Positions 46,373 through 56,497 are shown, counted from the first letter of the stretch. The stretch is DNA of 64,000 nucleotides from Thermodesulfobacteriota bacterium (GCA_964291405.2 OZ219926.1:2304001-2368000); one strand, 5' to 3'. Numbers and translations are program-made. Notes: generated from the sequence alone by a model not told the origin.

Positions 46373-47698
46373 ATGCAGGAGTATTTCTACCAGCTTGCCG
46401 ACTTCATCATCGGCCACCTGACCGGAGAGGAGCACGCGCTGTGCAATTTCGCGGCCGAGGACTCGGACTTCGTCCGCTTCAATCACAGTGCCATCCGTCA
46501 GGCGGGAACGGTGGCGCAACGTTCCATCGCCATTGAACTCATTGTCGGGCAGCGCCACGCAGCCGGGGATATCAGCCTGTGCGGCGACTTTACCGTGGAC
46601 AGTCAGCATGCTCGCGACCTGTTAGACAGCCTGCGTGCCCAGCTTCCCTATCTGCCCGAAGACCCGCATTTGCTGTACGCGACCGAAGTCCAATCGAGCG
46701 AACACCACGGCGAAAACCGACTACCGGAAGAACGCGGGATGATTGTCGACGCCGTCCTGCAAGCCGGACATGGGCGAGACCTGGTTGGCTTTTACGCGGC
46801 CGGCGGCATACACGCGGGATTTGCCAATTCCTTTGGCCAGCGCAACTGGTTCTCTACCTATACCTATAGTGTGGACTGGAGTTTCTATCTTAGTGGAGAC
46901 AAAGCGGTGAAAACGGCGGATGCCGGCTTTGTGTGGAGTCCGAACGTCTTTCAACACAAGGTCGATACCGCAGCCCAGCAACTGGCCACGCTTTCCATGC
47001 CGGCCAAGACCATTACACCGGGCCGCTACCGAGTGTATCTCGCGCCCTCGGCCGTGTGTGAAATTATGGACTTGCTGAATTGGGGTGGATTCGGCCTCAA
47101 GGAACAAGAGACGAAACAAACACCGCTGATCAAGATGACACAGGAGGGAGCGGAGCTACACCCTGCGGTCACGCTTATTGAAAATACGCGTGACGGAGTC
47201 GCTCCGAACTTTCAGGAGGACGGCTTTCGGAAACCGGACCACGTTCGCCTCATCACCCACGGCCGCCGGGGAGACTGTCTGGTGTCGCCCCGGTCTGCCA
47301 AGGAATATGGTGTGGCAACCAATGGGGCATCGAGTTGGGAGGCGGCCGAATCCATTGATATGGCCGCAGGGCAGTTGACTCAGGACACGCTGCTGACGCA
47401 ACTGGATACCGGCATCTATATCAACAATTTGTGGTATCTGAACTATTCGGACCGGGCGGCCTGCCGTATGACCGGTATGACCCGGTTTGCCACCTTCTGG
47501 GTGGAAAATGGCGAAATTCAAGCGCCGCTCAACGTGATGCGGTTTGACGAATCGCTCTACCGCATGCTGGGGACGAACCTGATTGGCATCACCGCCGAGC
47601 GTGACTATCTGCTCGATCCCAACACCTATCATGCCCGCTCAACAGGCAGCAGCCGGTTGCCGGGACTCTTGATTGAAGACTTCACCCTGACCTTGTAG
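46373..47698 (+). CDS. pmbA: TldE/PmbA family subunit
   Basis: RFNHSAIRQ, PGRYRVYLAP, TGMTR; follows tldD and lacks HExxxH. Confidence 0.85.
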   Translation: MQEYFYQLADFIIGHLTGEEHALCNFAAEDSDFVRFNHSAIRQAGTVAQRSIAIELIVGQRHAAGDISLCGDFTVDSQHARDLLDSLRAQLPYLPEDPHLLYATEVQSSEHHGENRLPEERGMIVDAVLQAGHGRDLVGFYAAGGIHAGFANSFGQRNWFSTYTYSVDWSFYLSGDKAVKTADAGFVWSPNVFQHKVDTAAQQLATLSMPAKTITPGRYRVYLAPSAVCEIMDLLNWGGFGLKEQETKQTPLIKMTQEGAELHPAVTLIENTRDGVAPNFQEDGFRKPDHVRLITHGRRGDCLVSPRSAKEYGVATNGASSWEAAESIDMAAGQLTQDTLLTQLDTGIYINNLWYLNYSDRAACRMTGMTRFATFWVENGEIQAPLNVMRFDESLYRMLGTNLIGITAERDYLLDPNTYHARSTGSSRLPGLLIEDFTLTL

Positions 47699-47733
47699 GG
47701 AACTCGTCCCTCTCGGGGGTATGAAAGGGACTA

Positions 47734-50700
47734 GTGAACCTTCCCCTCCCCGCGCGCGTCACAATCTGTCTGGTTCTGTTCCTGCTGGGAGTATCGCCCG
47801 CCGCGGCACAGGACCAGACCCTCACCGGCTGGTTCAGCTTCACCGTCGCCGATTATCCGACCGAGTCCGGCCTTGCCTCTGAAATCACCTACGAGTTGAC
47901 TGAAGACTCGGGCGAGCGATACGAACTCCTGATTGATATCGAACTCATGCAGCCGCTCGGCGGTCCGGTGACGTTGAACCGCAAGCGGGTGACGGTCATG
48001 GGGGTATGGGAGCACGACCCGCCACAGTTCCGAGTCCGTTCCATTGAGCTGGCTCCGTTACCCTTGACCGACACACCGGGGAGGACCTTCGCCTCCGACT
48101 TATTCCTTGATGAGCCCTCCCCGCCCAGATCGGCCCTCCCGGCCACCCAGACCGATTCTCATGTGCGTGGCTCTCAGGCGTGGGTGACCATCCTGTGTCG
48201 GTTTAGGGATGCGAGAAATATCACTCCGCATCCGGTCGATCATTATGAGCAGATGATGGGGAGGTTCTATCCCGGCCTGGGGCATTATTGGCGGGAGGTC
48301 TCTGACGAGAACCTCCCCGACCTGAATGGCAGTGTAGTGGCGGGCTGGTACAACCTGCCCCGGCCCCGTGCGTATTACGTGTCTGACACAGACGGGGATG
48401 GAGAGGAAGAGGCGAATTTGGAGAGAGCCGCCGAAGACTGTACTGCTGCGGCTGATAGGGACGTCTTTTTTCCAGATTTTGAGCACATCAACTTGGTCTT
48501 TAATCAGGACCTCGATGAGCGGCGCGCCTATGGCGGCACGCGGCGGTTTCGCAAGGATAGGCAGACGCGCTTCTGGGGGATCACCTGGCTGCCGGAGCGG
48601 GCACACGAAAGACAGGAAGTCTGGGCGCACGAGATGGGTCATGCCATGGGCTTACAGCATTCCTCCGGTCCCTATGGCCAGGATGATCCCCAATTTAGTC
48701 TCACTACCTATGACTCTGAGTGGGATGTTATGAGCGGCGGACAATCGCTTGATCCGCATCCTGGCTACGGCTATCTGGGCGTGCATACTATCGCCTACCA
48801 TAAGGACTTTCTGGGCTGGATTCCCCCGGATCGGAAGTATGTGGCCGCGCCCAACAGCACCCGCACCATTACCCTTGAACGGTTAGCCAAACCCGGCGCT
48901 GAGGGCTACCTGATGGCCCAGATTCCCATCGGGGACTCGCCCACCGACTTCTACACCGTCGAGGCACGCCTGTTTGCCGGCTACGATGACGGAATCCCGG
49001 ACGAAGCGATTGTCATCCATAAAGTCGATACCACGTTAGAAGACCGGCTGGCCCAAGTCGTAGACATCGACAACAACGGCGACCCGAACGACGAAGGGGC
49101 AATGTGGACAGTCGGCGAGATTTTTACCGACGTGGAGACCGGCCTCCAGGTCTCCATCGACGCAGCCTATACCACTGGATACCGCGTGACCATCAGCACG
49201 GATCCTGACACTTTCCGCACCTGCATCGATTTTCTGTCTGCCTCCTCTCATATCTTTGGATCGGGGCGAGACGGAGCCAGTGTGCAGGTTGAAGCAACGA
49301 GCGATTGTCGTTGGTCCGCCACAAGCCACGCGGAGTGGCTCCGCATCACGTCTGGAGGTACGGGGAGCGGGGCCGGCAGTGTCCGTTACACGGTTGCGGC
49401 CAATTCCAGCCGCGCTGCCCGGACTGGCAGGTTGACGATTGACGGGTGGACGTTCACGGTGACTCAGGCTGGACGCAACGATCGCTTGTTTGCCGACAAT
49501 ATGGAGAGCGGCATAAACGGCTGGGATAGGAACTTGCCCTGGGCTCTATCCAGGGCTTCTTCACGGAGCGGTGCGTACGCCTGGACGGACAGCCCGAGTG
49601 GCAATTACCGGAATGACCAGAACAGTAGCCTGTTTCTTCCGACTATTGATCTGACCAGACGCAGGAGCGCAACCCTGACCTTCTGGCATCGGTACGACTT
49701 TGGCAATGGCGACATGGGGAACGTCTGGGTACAGGCGAACGGCCGGTGGAGGAACGTGGCGTCTTTCTCCGGCCGGGCCGTGTGGCAACAGGCGGAGATT
49801 GACCTGACTCCCTTTGTCGGACAGCCGATAGAGATCGGTTTCCAGCTATTGTCCGACGCCAGGGTGACTGCGGACGGTTGGACGATCGACGACGTCGCCG
49901 TGTTCTCAACGGATTTCGCCTCCCCAGTGACCCTGGAGAATCCCCGGGCCGCCTCCTTCCAGAGCGGGCTGGGCGTCATATCGGGCTGGGCGTGCCACGC
50001 CAATGAGATTGTCATTGAGTTGGACGGGACGCCACTGAAAGCGGGCTATGGCACCACACGGGAGGATACCCGCAGTGTCTGTGGCGATGCGAACAACGGT
50101 TTCAGTCTGTTGTGGAACTGGAACAACTTAGGACCCGGGGAGCACATGGTTCGCGCGCTGGTTGATGGAGAGGAGTTTGCCAACACAACTGTACGCGTGA
50201 CGACCTTTGGGGAAGAATTCTTACGAGGGGCGAGCGGTCTATTCGACCTGCCCGACTTCCCCACCTCCGACGAGGCCACCGTCGTCCAGTGGGAAGAATC
50301 ACTCCAGAACTTCATCATCACTGACGGACAGCCGAATACCGGCGGAGGATACAACCGGGTGGCGGGCGTGAGCGCCATATTAGAAAACCCGTCGTTGGGG
50401 TCGGCCCAGAGTGGGCTGGGCGTCATCTCGGGCTGGGCGTGTGAGGCCAGTGAGATTGTCATTGAACTGGACGGGATGCCGCTGCAAGCAGGCTATGGAA
50501 CCACACGGGAGGATACCCGCAATGTCTGTGGTGATGCTGACAACGGCTTCAGTCTCTTGTGGAACTGGAACAACCTGGGGCCGGGGACGCATACGGTGCG
50601 GGCGCTGATTGACGGGCAGGAGTTTGCCAATACCACGGTGCGGGTAACGACCTTTGGGGTGCCGTTCCGGCAGGGGTTAAGTGGGACGTTTCCCATTCCG

Positions 50701-50775
50701 GATTTCCCCAGGGCGGGGGAAAACAAAAGTCTACGGTGGGAAGAGTCGCTCCAGAACTTTGTGATTATTCCCTGA
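47734..50775 (+). CDS. Secreted M6/M11-like zinc metallopeptidase with BACON, beta-sandwich and duplicated C-terminal domains
   Basis: Signal peptide (AAA-Q); HEMGHAMGLQH; WDVMS; BACON-like WSATS..WL.I..R.G.L.I..FTVTQ; two LENP..S.QSGLGVISGWAC repeats. Confidence 0.8.
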   Translation: MNLPLPARVTICLVLFLLGVSPAAAQDQTLTGWFSFTVADYPTESGLASEITYELTEDSGERYELLIDIELMQPLGGPVTLNRKRVTVMGVWEHDPPQFRVRSIELAPLPLTDTPGRTFASDLFLDEPSPPRSALPATQTDSHVRGSQAWVTILCRFRDARNITPHPVDHYEQMMGRFYPGLGHYWREVSDENLPDLNGSVVAGWYNLPRPRAYYVSDTDGDGEEEANLERAAEDCTAAADRDVFFPDFEHINLVFNQDLDERRAYGGTRRFRKDRQTRFWGITWLPERAHERQEVWAHEMGHAMGLQHSSGPYGQDDPQFSLTTYDSEWDVMSGGQSLDPHPGYGYLGVHTIAYHKDFLGWIPPDRKYVAAPNSTRTITLERLAKPGAEGYLMAQIPIGDSPTDFYTVEARLFAGYDDGIPDEAIVIHKVDTTLEDRLAQVVDIDNNGDPNDEGAMWTVGEIFTDVETGLQVSIDAAYTTGYRVTISTDPDTFRTCIDFLSASSHIFGSGRDGASVQVEATSDCRWSATSHAEWLRITSGGTGSGAGSVRYTVAANSSRAARTGRLTIDGWTFTVTQAGRNDRLFADNMESGINGWDRNLPWALSRASSRSGAYAWTDSPSGNYRNDQNSSLFLPTIDLTRRRSATLTFWHRYDFGNGDMGNVWVQANGRWRNVASFSGRAVWQQAEIDLTPFVGQPIEIGFQLLSDARVTADGWTIDDVAVFSTDFASPVTLENPRAASFQSGLGVISGWACHANEIVIELDGTPLKAGYGTTREDTRSVCGDANNGFSLLWNWNNLGPGEHMVRALVDGEEFANTTVRVTTFGEEFLRGASGLFDLPDFPTSDEATVVQWEESLQNFIITDGQPNTGGGYNRVAGVSAILENPSLGSAQSGLGVISGWACEASEIVIELDGMPLQAGYGTTREDTRNVCGDADNGFSLLWNWNNLGPGTHTVRALIDGQEFANTTVRVTTFGVPFRQGLSGTFPIPDFPRAGENKSLRWEESLQNFVIIP

Positions 50776-50843
50776 CTACGTGCGCCAACCGCGACGACTT
50801 ATGATACAGACGAGGCCGGAGAGCAGGAGGTTTTACATTAGCC

Positions 50844-53012
50844 ATGCAAGAAACGAACCACTACAGATACCTGACACCTGAAGAAAAGCGCCCTGCCCTG
50901 CACCGTCTGTCCGGTTGGGTGTGCTGCATCATTGTGCTGCTGTGGACGGCAGGGATGGGCTATGGCCACGACATCACCAGTCCTCAGGAAGCCGAGCCCC
51001 CTGCCGGGCCAACGGCACGGCTGCCGCTGATTACTGTCACCGAGCGCCGTCCGGTCAGCGCGGCCACCGAAACTCGGGTGCGCGAAAAAGATTTTGCCGT
51101 CCGGCCACATAACACAGCCTGGGAAATGCTCAATAACCTGCCCGGATTTGTGGCCGGCCAGCACGCCGGGGGCGGCAAAGCCATGCAATACTTCTTGCGC
51201 GGGTTTGATAATGACCATGGTACTGACGTGGCCATCAGTGTTGACGGTATCCCCGTCAATATGGTCAGCCATGCCCACGGTCAGGGCTATGCGGACCTCA
51301 ATTTTTTGATCCCCGAGGTGGTCGAGTCCATTGATTATCGCAAAGGCCCCTATTTTGCGGACGCCGGGAATTTTGCCAACTCGGGCGCGGTCAACTTTGT
51401 GACCAAAGAAGATACTGTCGAAAACTCGCTCCGCGCCGTCGGCGGGTCTTTCAACACCATGCGCTATGTCGGCATCCTGTCGCCGCGCCTCGGGCCGGTG
51501 CAGAGTCTGGTCGCCAACGAAGTCTACTTCACCGATGGGCCGTTCAGACACGGTGAGAATTTTGTCAAATACAATTTCTTCGGCAAGTTTAGCCTCAAGC
51601 CGAGCCCGACCTCGAAGCTGAGTCTGTGGACCTCGCTGTATACTGGAGATTGGGACGCCTCGGGCCAGATTCCACTCCGAGAGGTCAGGAGCGGACGGCT
51701 GGACCGGTTCGGCTCGCTCGACTCGACCGAGGGCGGACGCTCAGACCGGGAAAACGTGAATCTCATCTATACGGCAACCCCAAACTCGGAGGAAAGCTGG
51801 TTTGTGCAGCTCTACTTCAGCCGCTACCGCCTGCGCATGTTCTCGAACTTTACTTTTTTCAGCGGTGACCCGGTGCGGGGCGATGGCATTGAACAACTCG
51901 ATAGCCGCGTACTGTTTGGTGGTCGGGCGCATTATCATCGGGTGTGGACACTTGGCACCGTGCCGCTTGAGAGCACCGTGGGTTTTGAGACGCGTAACGA
52001 TAACGCCGACGTCGGCTTGTTTCGGCAGCAGCGGCGACAACGCTTTTTCACCACCCAGAAAGCCGAGGTCTGGGAGAATGCCTTCAGCGGCTACACCCAG
52101 CACGAGCTGTTTATACGTGAGTGGCTGCGGCTCATCGTCGGCCTGCGCGGTGACGTGTTTGTCTTTGATGTTGATGATCGGTCCCCGCACGAGGTGACGG
52201 ACACTCCGCGGCTCCAAGGTAATACGACCGACGGCATTGTCAGCCCAAAGGCCAGTCTGATTCTCTCGCCCTTTACCAACCCGGCGAGCCTCTGGCACCA
52301 GACCGACCTCTTTCTCAATTTTGGAATGGGCTATCATTCCAACGATGCCCGGGATGCGGTCCAGCCTGGAGGCAGCGGGCTGGCGCGCTCGACCGGCACG
52401 GAAATCGGGGCGCGCACCAGGCTGTATAACCGGGTCGAGTTGGCCTCCTCGCTGTGGTGGCTCGACCTGGGTAGCGAGTTGGTCTTTGTGGGTGACGAGG
52501 GCACGACCGAACAGCGGGGCCCCACACGCCGCTGGGGTGTGGATATCGAACTCCGGGCCGAAGTGTTGCCCTGGCTGCTGCTTGACTACGACTTGACCTA
52601 TAGCGACCCCCGCTTTCGCGTTACGGGCGAGGCCATTCCCCTGGCTCCGACTTTGCTGATGAACGGAGGGCTGACGGCCTACCCGATTGAGAATTTCTCT
52701 GCCGCCCTGCGGGTGCGCTTTCTGGATGACCGAGCCGCCAATGAAGATCGGAGTGTGGTTGCGCGGGGCTATACCCTGATCGACCTGCTGGTGCGCTACC
52801 GGTGGCGCAACATTGAGGTGTCCTTTGATGTGCTCAATCTCGCCGATACCGACTGGCGAGAGACGCAGTTTGCGACAGACTCCTGTCTCCGGCGTGAAGT
52901 CGGTAGAGACAGGAGGTGCCCTCGGAGCGGCGGCGGGCCGGGAATTGCCGATACCAATATGGTGTCCGGTTACGGCATCAAGGTCCGTAGCGGGTTGACG
53001 GTGTTTTTCTAG
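50844..53012 (+). CDS. TonB-dependent receptor
   Basis: Plug motifs QHAGGGKA.QYFLRGF..DHGTD and HAHGQGY; KGPY; C-terminal Phe. Confidence 0.9.
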   Translation: MQETNHYRYLTPEEKRPALHRLSGWVCCIIVLLWTAGMGYGHDITSPQEAEPPAGPTARLPLITVTERRPVSAATETRVREKDFAVRPHNTAWEMLNNLPGFVAGQHAGGGKAMQYFLRGFDNDHGTDVAISVDGIPVNMVSHAHGQGYADLNFLIPEVVESIDYRKGPYFADAGNFANSGAVNFVTKEDTVENSLRAVGGSFNTMRYVGILSPRLGPVQSLVANEVYFTDGPFRHGENFVKYNFFGKFSLKPSPTSKLSLWTSLYTGDWDASGQIPLREVRSGRLDRFGSLDSTEGGRSDRENVNLIYTATPNSEESWFVQLYFSRYRLRMFSNFTFFSGDPVRGDGIEQLDSRVLFGGRAHYHRVWTLGTVPLESTVGFETRNDNADVGLFRQQRRQRFFTTQKAEVWENAFSGYTQHELFIREWLRLIVGLRGDVFVFDVDDRSPHEVTDTPRLQGNTTDGIVSPKASLILSPFTNPASLWHQTDLFLNFGMGYHSNDARDAVQPGGSGLARSTGTEIGARTRLYNRVELASSLWWLDLGSELVFVGDEGTTEQRGPTRRWGVDIELRAEVLPWLLLDYDLTYSDPRFRVTGEAIPLAPTLLMNGGLTAYPIENFSAALRVRFLDDRAANEDRSVVARGYTLIDLLVRYRWRNIEVSFDVLNLADTDWRETQFATDSCLRREVGRDRRCPRSGGGPGIADTNMVSGYGIKVRSGLTVFF

Positions 53013-53035
53013 GAGGGACGGCGCATGCGGCGCCT

Positions 53036-54247
53036 CTACTGAAACGGGGCGTCGTTGTCCACGCCTAACAGGTGTTTCCCAACCAGTTCCGAGACCCGGT
53101 CGGGATGGGCGTTGATATGCAACGGCATGGCCTGAAAGTCGCGATAGCGGCGCTCAAAAGAGCCGCCTTCGCGCAAGCCGTTACCGCCCTGGACGCGCAG
53201 GAGCAGGCGCATGGCTTCGTCACACAGCCGAATCGCCGTCATGCTATAGCCAAGCTGGCGTAGATAGTCCGTCTCCGTGGGGATAATACCCGCCTCGATC
53301 CGCGCGTCCGTTTCCGCACAGCCCGTCAGGACGGCTGCACGGGCCGAGCTGATAGCGGCTCCGGCCTGACCGATGTTGAGCTGGACCGCGGGCCGTTCGG
53401 CGACTTTCACCCCAAAAATGGCCACCCGGCCGCTCAGCCCCTGGCAGACTTCCGCCAACGCAGCCGAGGCGATCCCGACCGCCTGCGCGCCGAGCCAGAG
53501 ATCGGACACCGCAACCCAGTCCTCACGATAGCGGTGCGCGACCATAGGGTGATCCGGATCTCGAAATTGGACCCGAAAGTCTAGGGGAAAAGACCGGATC
53601 AACGCAGCCGGAACAGTCACGGCCTCATAATTGACGTGATCGGTGGCCGAGGCCCTCAGGCTCATCGAGAGCCAGGTTGGGTCAACGGACACGCCCTGAG
53701 TATCGGTCCGGACAACGGTAAAACGCAGATCCGGCTTTTCGTCAGGCTGTTGGGTCTCGCGATCAAGCGCAAACAGACAGGCGGTCCAATCCCCGTAACG
53801 AGAACCCGAGGCGAAACTGGCCCGACCGTTGAGGATCAGGTCTTCCCCTTCAATTTTGCCGTGGACGCTGGTGCCCGCCCCTGCGGGAAAACTGACCCAT
53901 TCCCGCTGGGCGACCATCTGCCGCAGGACACTGCTACCGTCCGGACCGAGTTGACCGCAGATAAAGTGGAACACACACAAGTGGTTCCATAGACACCAGG
54001 CGGTTGAAGCACAGGCCCCGGCCACGGCTTCCAACTCCTGGGCGATGGCCCCGATACTGGCCTCGACCCCGCCGATATTGCGCGTGGCTGAAGCCCGAAT
54101 GAGGTCGGTGTTTTTGATGGCGGCAATCACGTCCGGATCGACGCTGCGCGTCCGGTCGGCGTGGGCGGCCTGCTCGGCAATAACGGGCAGGATCGGAGCG
54201 CACAGCAGATCGCTATCGGTGTTGAGAAAGGTCGGGACAGGCTGCAT
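53036..54247 (-). CDS. Acyl-CoA dehydrogenase-fold flavin-dependent hydroxylase (HsaA-like)
   Basis: CASTAW, FASGS, W..MSLRASA, ERRYRD....H. Confidence 0.8.
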   Translation of the reverse strand: MQPVPTFLNTDSDLLCAPILPVIAEQAAHADRTRSVDPDVIAAIKNTDLIRASATRNIGGVEASIGAIAQELEAVAGACASTAWCLWNHLCVFHFICGQLGPDGSSVLRQMVAQREWVSFPAGAGTSVHGKIEGEDLILNGRASFASGSRYGDWTACLFALDRETQQPDEKPDLRFTVVRTDTQGVSVDPTWLSMSLRASATDHVNYEAVTVPAALIRSFPLDFRVQFRDPDHPMVAHRYREDWVAVSDLWLGAQAVGIASAALAEVCQGLSGRVAIFGVKVAERPAVQLNIGQAGAAISSARAAVLTGCAETDARIEAGIIPTETDYLRQLGYSMTAIRLCDEAMRLLLRVQGGNGLREGGSFERRYRDFQAMPLHINAHPDRVSELVGKHLLGVDNDAPFQ

Positions 54248-54268
54248 GAGTCACTCCCGGTGGTGGCG

Positions 54269-54892
54269 TTAGGGGGTATGCTCCAGGGCCCACAGAATCA
54301 GGTCGGCAGCCCCCTCGTCTCCCCAGCGGCTGGAGTCGAGCAGCAGGGTATAGTGGCTCGGGTCACGCCAGTCGCCGTGGTAGAAGGTGTGGACGTAATC
54401 TGCCCGCAGTTTGTCCATACCGGCAATCCGCTGCCGGGCTTGGTCTCGGCCCAGGCCTTCGGCCTGGATCACACGCTCAATCCGCGCTTCGAGCGGCGCG
54501 TGCAGGAACACGTGCAGGGCCTTGGGATGGTGCTCAAGAATACGATTCCCGCCACGGCCCACCAGAATGGCATTCCCCTTTTGAGCCACTTCCTCAACGA
54601 TGGTTTTGGTCATGCGGACGAGCTGGGCATCGTTGAGCCACAGCGGCGGCGGAATATCATAGGCGGACTCAAAGCCACCCAGGCCGAACAGACCGACCAT
54701 ACGCTCAATAAAGGAGTCTACCCGCTCGTCTTTTGCGTCAATATAGTCTTCCGCGACCTGATACTGCGAGGCAATCTGCCGCACGATCTCTTTTTCCCAG
54801 ACCGTCCAGCTCAAACGCCGACCCAGCTCACGGGCAATCAGACTGCCACCGCTGCCGTAGAGATGAGATAGAGTCAGGATGGACTTTCCCAT
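54269..54892 (-). CDS. Cytidylate kinase-like family protein
   Basis: YGSGG, LVGRGG, APLEARI, DPSHY. Confidence 0.85.
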   Translation of the reverse strand: MGKSILTLSHLYGSGGSLIARELGRRLSWTVWEKEIVRQIASQYQVAEDYIDAKDERVDSFIERMVGLFGLGGFESAYDIPPPLWLNDAQLVRMTKTIVEEVAQKGNAILVGRGGNRILEHHPKALHVFLHAPLEARIERVIQAEGLGRDQARQRIAGMDKLRADYVHTFYHGDWRDPSHYTLLLDSSRWGDEGAADLILWALEHTP

Positions 54893-54965
54893 GATCGCCT
54901 CCCTATTGACTCACGATGAGTGAGCGCATTCTAGGAACCCGGACGTTCCTTTGTCAATTCTCTCC

Positions 54966-55020
54966 ACAGAGTACACCTCCCCTCCGACAGATATGCCGTT
55001 GCTGGCCACGTTTACTCTGT
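54966..55020 (-). repeat. Palindromic element family A, degenerate copy
   Basis: ACAGAGTACAC...CCTCC...GCTGGCCACGTTTACTCTGT with compensatory terminal C:G. Confidence 0.7.
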
Positions 55021-55026
55021 ATCCCC

Positions 55027-56421
55027 CTAGCGCTGGGACACAAACAGAAAAGCACGGCCAACGGCCGGCTTATCCCGGATGTGTTGACCTGGCGCCCCGA
55101 AAACAAACTCCGGGATGTGGTCGGCGTTAATATCGCCGGGTGAGGCCAGCGCATAGCCGAACATCGAACCCTGGTGCGGGTAGGGGTTGTCAAAGGTAAT
55201 CAAATGGCGGCCGTCGCGACCGTTATAGAGAAAGACTTCTCCCTGGACGTAAAACTCATCGACCCTTTGAAATGGGGCGCCGACCAGGATTTCGGGGATC
55301 TCATCCATGTTCACGTCCGGTATGGCAGACATGATCCAGCCAAACCCGGCCGAGGGGCGGGGGGCCGGGTCGTGGAAAGTCAGCAGGAGGGTCCCGTCGG
55401 TCCCGCTAAAGGCAAAGGCCGCCCCCTGGGCGGCGACTGCCCCGACATCCTGATAGGGCGCACCAATAAGCAGGTCCGGGACGCTATCCTCATTCAGATC
55501 TCCGGCCGATGTGACATACCAGCCGAACGACGCGCCGGCCTGCGGCTGGGGGTGATCGATGGGGTACAGCAAGCTGCCATCCGCGCCGCTATACACATAG
55601 GCCCGCCCCTGCGTGCTCCGACCCTCGACAGTGGAGTAGGGCGCACCGACAGCGATATCCGGTATGCCATCGTGGTTCAGGTCGCCCGTCGAGTTGACCG
55701 TCCAGCCAAAACCTTCGGCGCCAGAATCGGGTGGAGGAGCGAGGGTGTGGAGGCCAGTGCCATCGCGGCCACTGAAGACAAACGCCCGGCCTTCGTGGTC
55801 CTGGCTATGCGCGCCCACAATGAACTCGGGAATCCCATCTGTGTTCAGATCCCCGGCAGAGGCGACGGACCAGCCAAACCCCGCGCCCGCGCTTTGCTGG
55901 GGTGCTTCGAGGGAGCGGAGGAGCTGCCCGTCGTGGCCACTAAAGACAAAGGCCTGTCCACTGCCCACGCGTTTACTCACGTTGTATTCGCTGCCGTCCT
56001 CGGCGGTCCAGCCAAAGACCAGCGTCTCCGCGCTACCGGCTTCGCCCTGACCGAAAGCACCAATAATACAATCTGGTACGCCGTCCTGATTCACGTCGCC
56101 AGCCGCGGCAACAGAAAATCCGAATGCGGCATCTGCCTGAGGATGCGGGTCGTCCAGTTCCAGTAAGAGATCGCCGGTCTGACCGTCGAAAATAAAGGCC
56201 CGGCCCTGATGGTTATTCTCGTCCCAGGTCTGCTCGTACGCGCCAACAATATAGTCGGGGATGGCGTCGCCATTCACATCGCCCAGCGTCGATAAGGCGG
56301 AAGAGAAACCGGAAAAGAGCAGTCGATTCGGGGTGTCCAAGGTACGGATTTCCGGCCCCGCCCAGGTCGGGCCGCAGAGGAAGAGCAAGACACTCAGCCA
56401 CAGAAACGGAGCATGCCACAT
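55027..56421 (-). CDS. Secreted FG-GAP repeat (integrin-alpha beta-propeller) protein
   Basis: Signal peptide; seven FG....GD.N.DG.PD..VGA units. Confidence 0.9.
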   Translation of the reverse strand: MWHAPFLWLSVLLFLCGPTWAGPEIRTLDTPNRLLFSGFSSALSTLGDVNGDAIPDYIVGAYEQTWDENNHQGRAFIFDGQTGDLLLELDDPHPQADAAFGFSVAAAGDVNQDGVPDCIIGAFGQGEAGSAETLVFGWTAEDGSEYNVSKRVGSGQAFVFSGHDGQLLRSLEAPQQSAGAGFGWSVASAGDLNTDGIPEFIVGAHSQDHEGRAFVFSGRDGTGLHTLAPPPDSGAEGFGWTVNSTGDLNHDGIPDIAVGAPYSTVEGRSTQGRAYVYSGADGSLLYPIDHPQPQAGASFGWYVTSAGDLNEDSVPDLLIGAPYQDVGAVAAQGAAFAFSGTDGTLLLTFHDPAPRPSAGFGWIMSAIPDVNMDEIPEILVGAPFQRVDEFYVQGEVFLYNGRDGRHLITFDNPYPHQGSMFGYALASPGDINADHIPEFVFGAPGQHIRDKPAVGRAFLFVSQR

Positions 56422-56497
56422 AGCGATTGTCCTTGGGATGGATTGTCATTCCAGATAGGGAAGAGCCCGTCGGTCATATCCTAGCCCTGACAGGCTG

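Noticed and set aside
93-55020. Family A repeats as a CRISPR array associated with the Cas4-like gene
   Set aside because: Copies are dispersed singly, kilobases apart and in both orientations. There is no repeat-spacer tandem and no cas1/cas2.
55174-56166. Long antisense ORFs (also 62352-63287, 13688-14923, 44932-45762, 31326-32147)
   Set aside because: Shadow frames of well-supported genes in GC-rich DNA, with no recognisable motifs.
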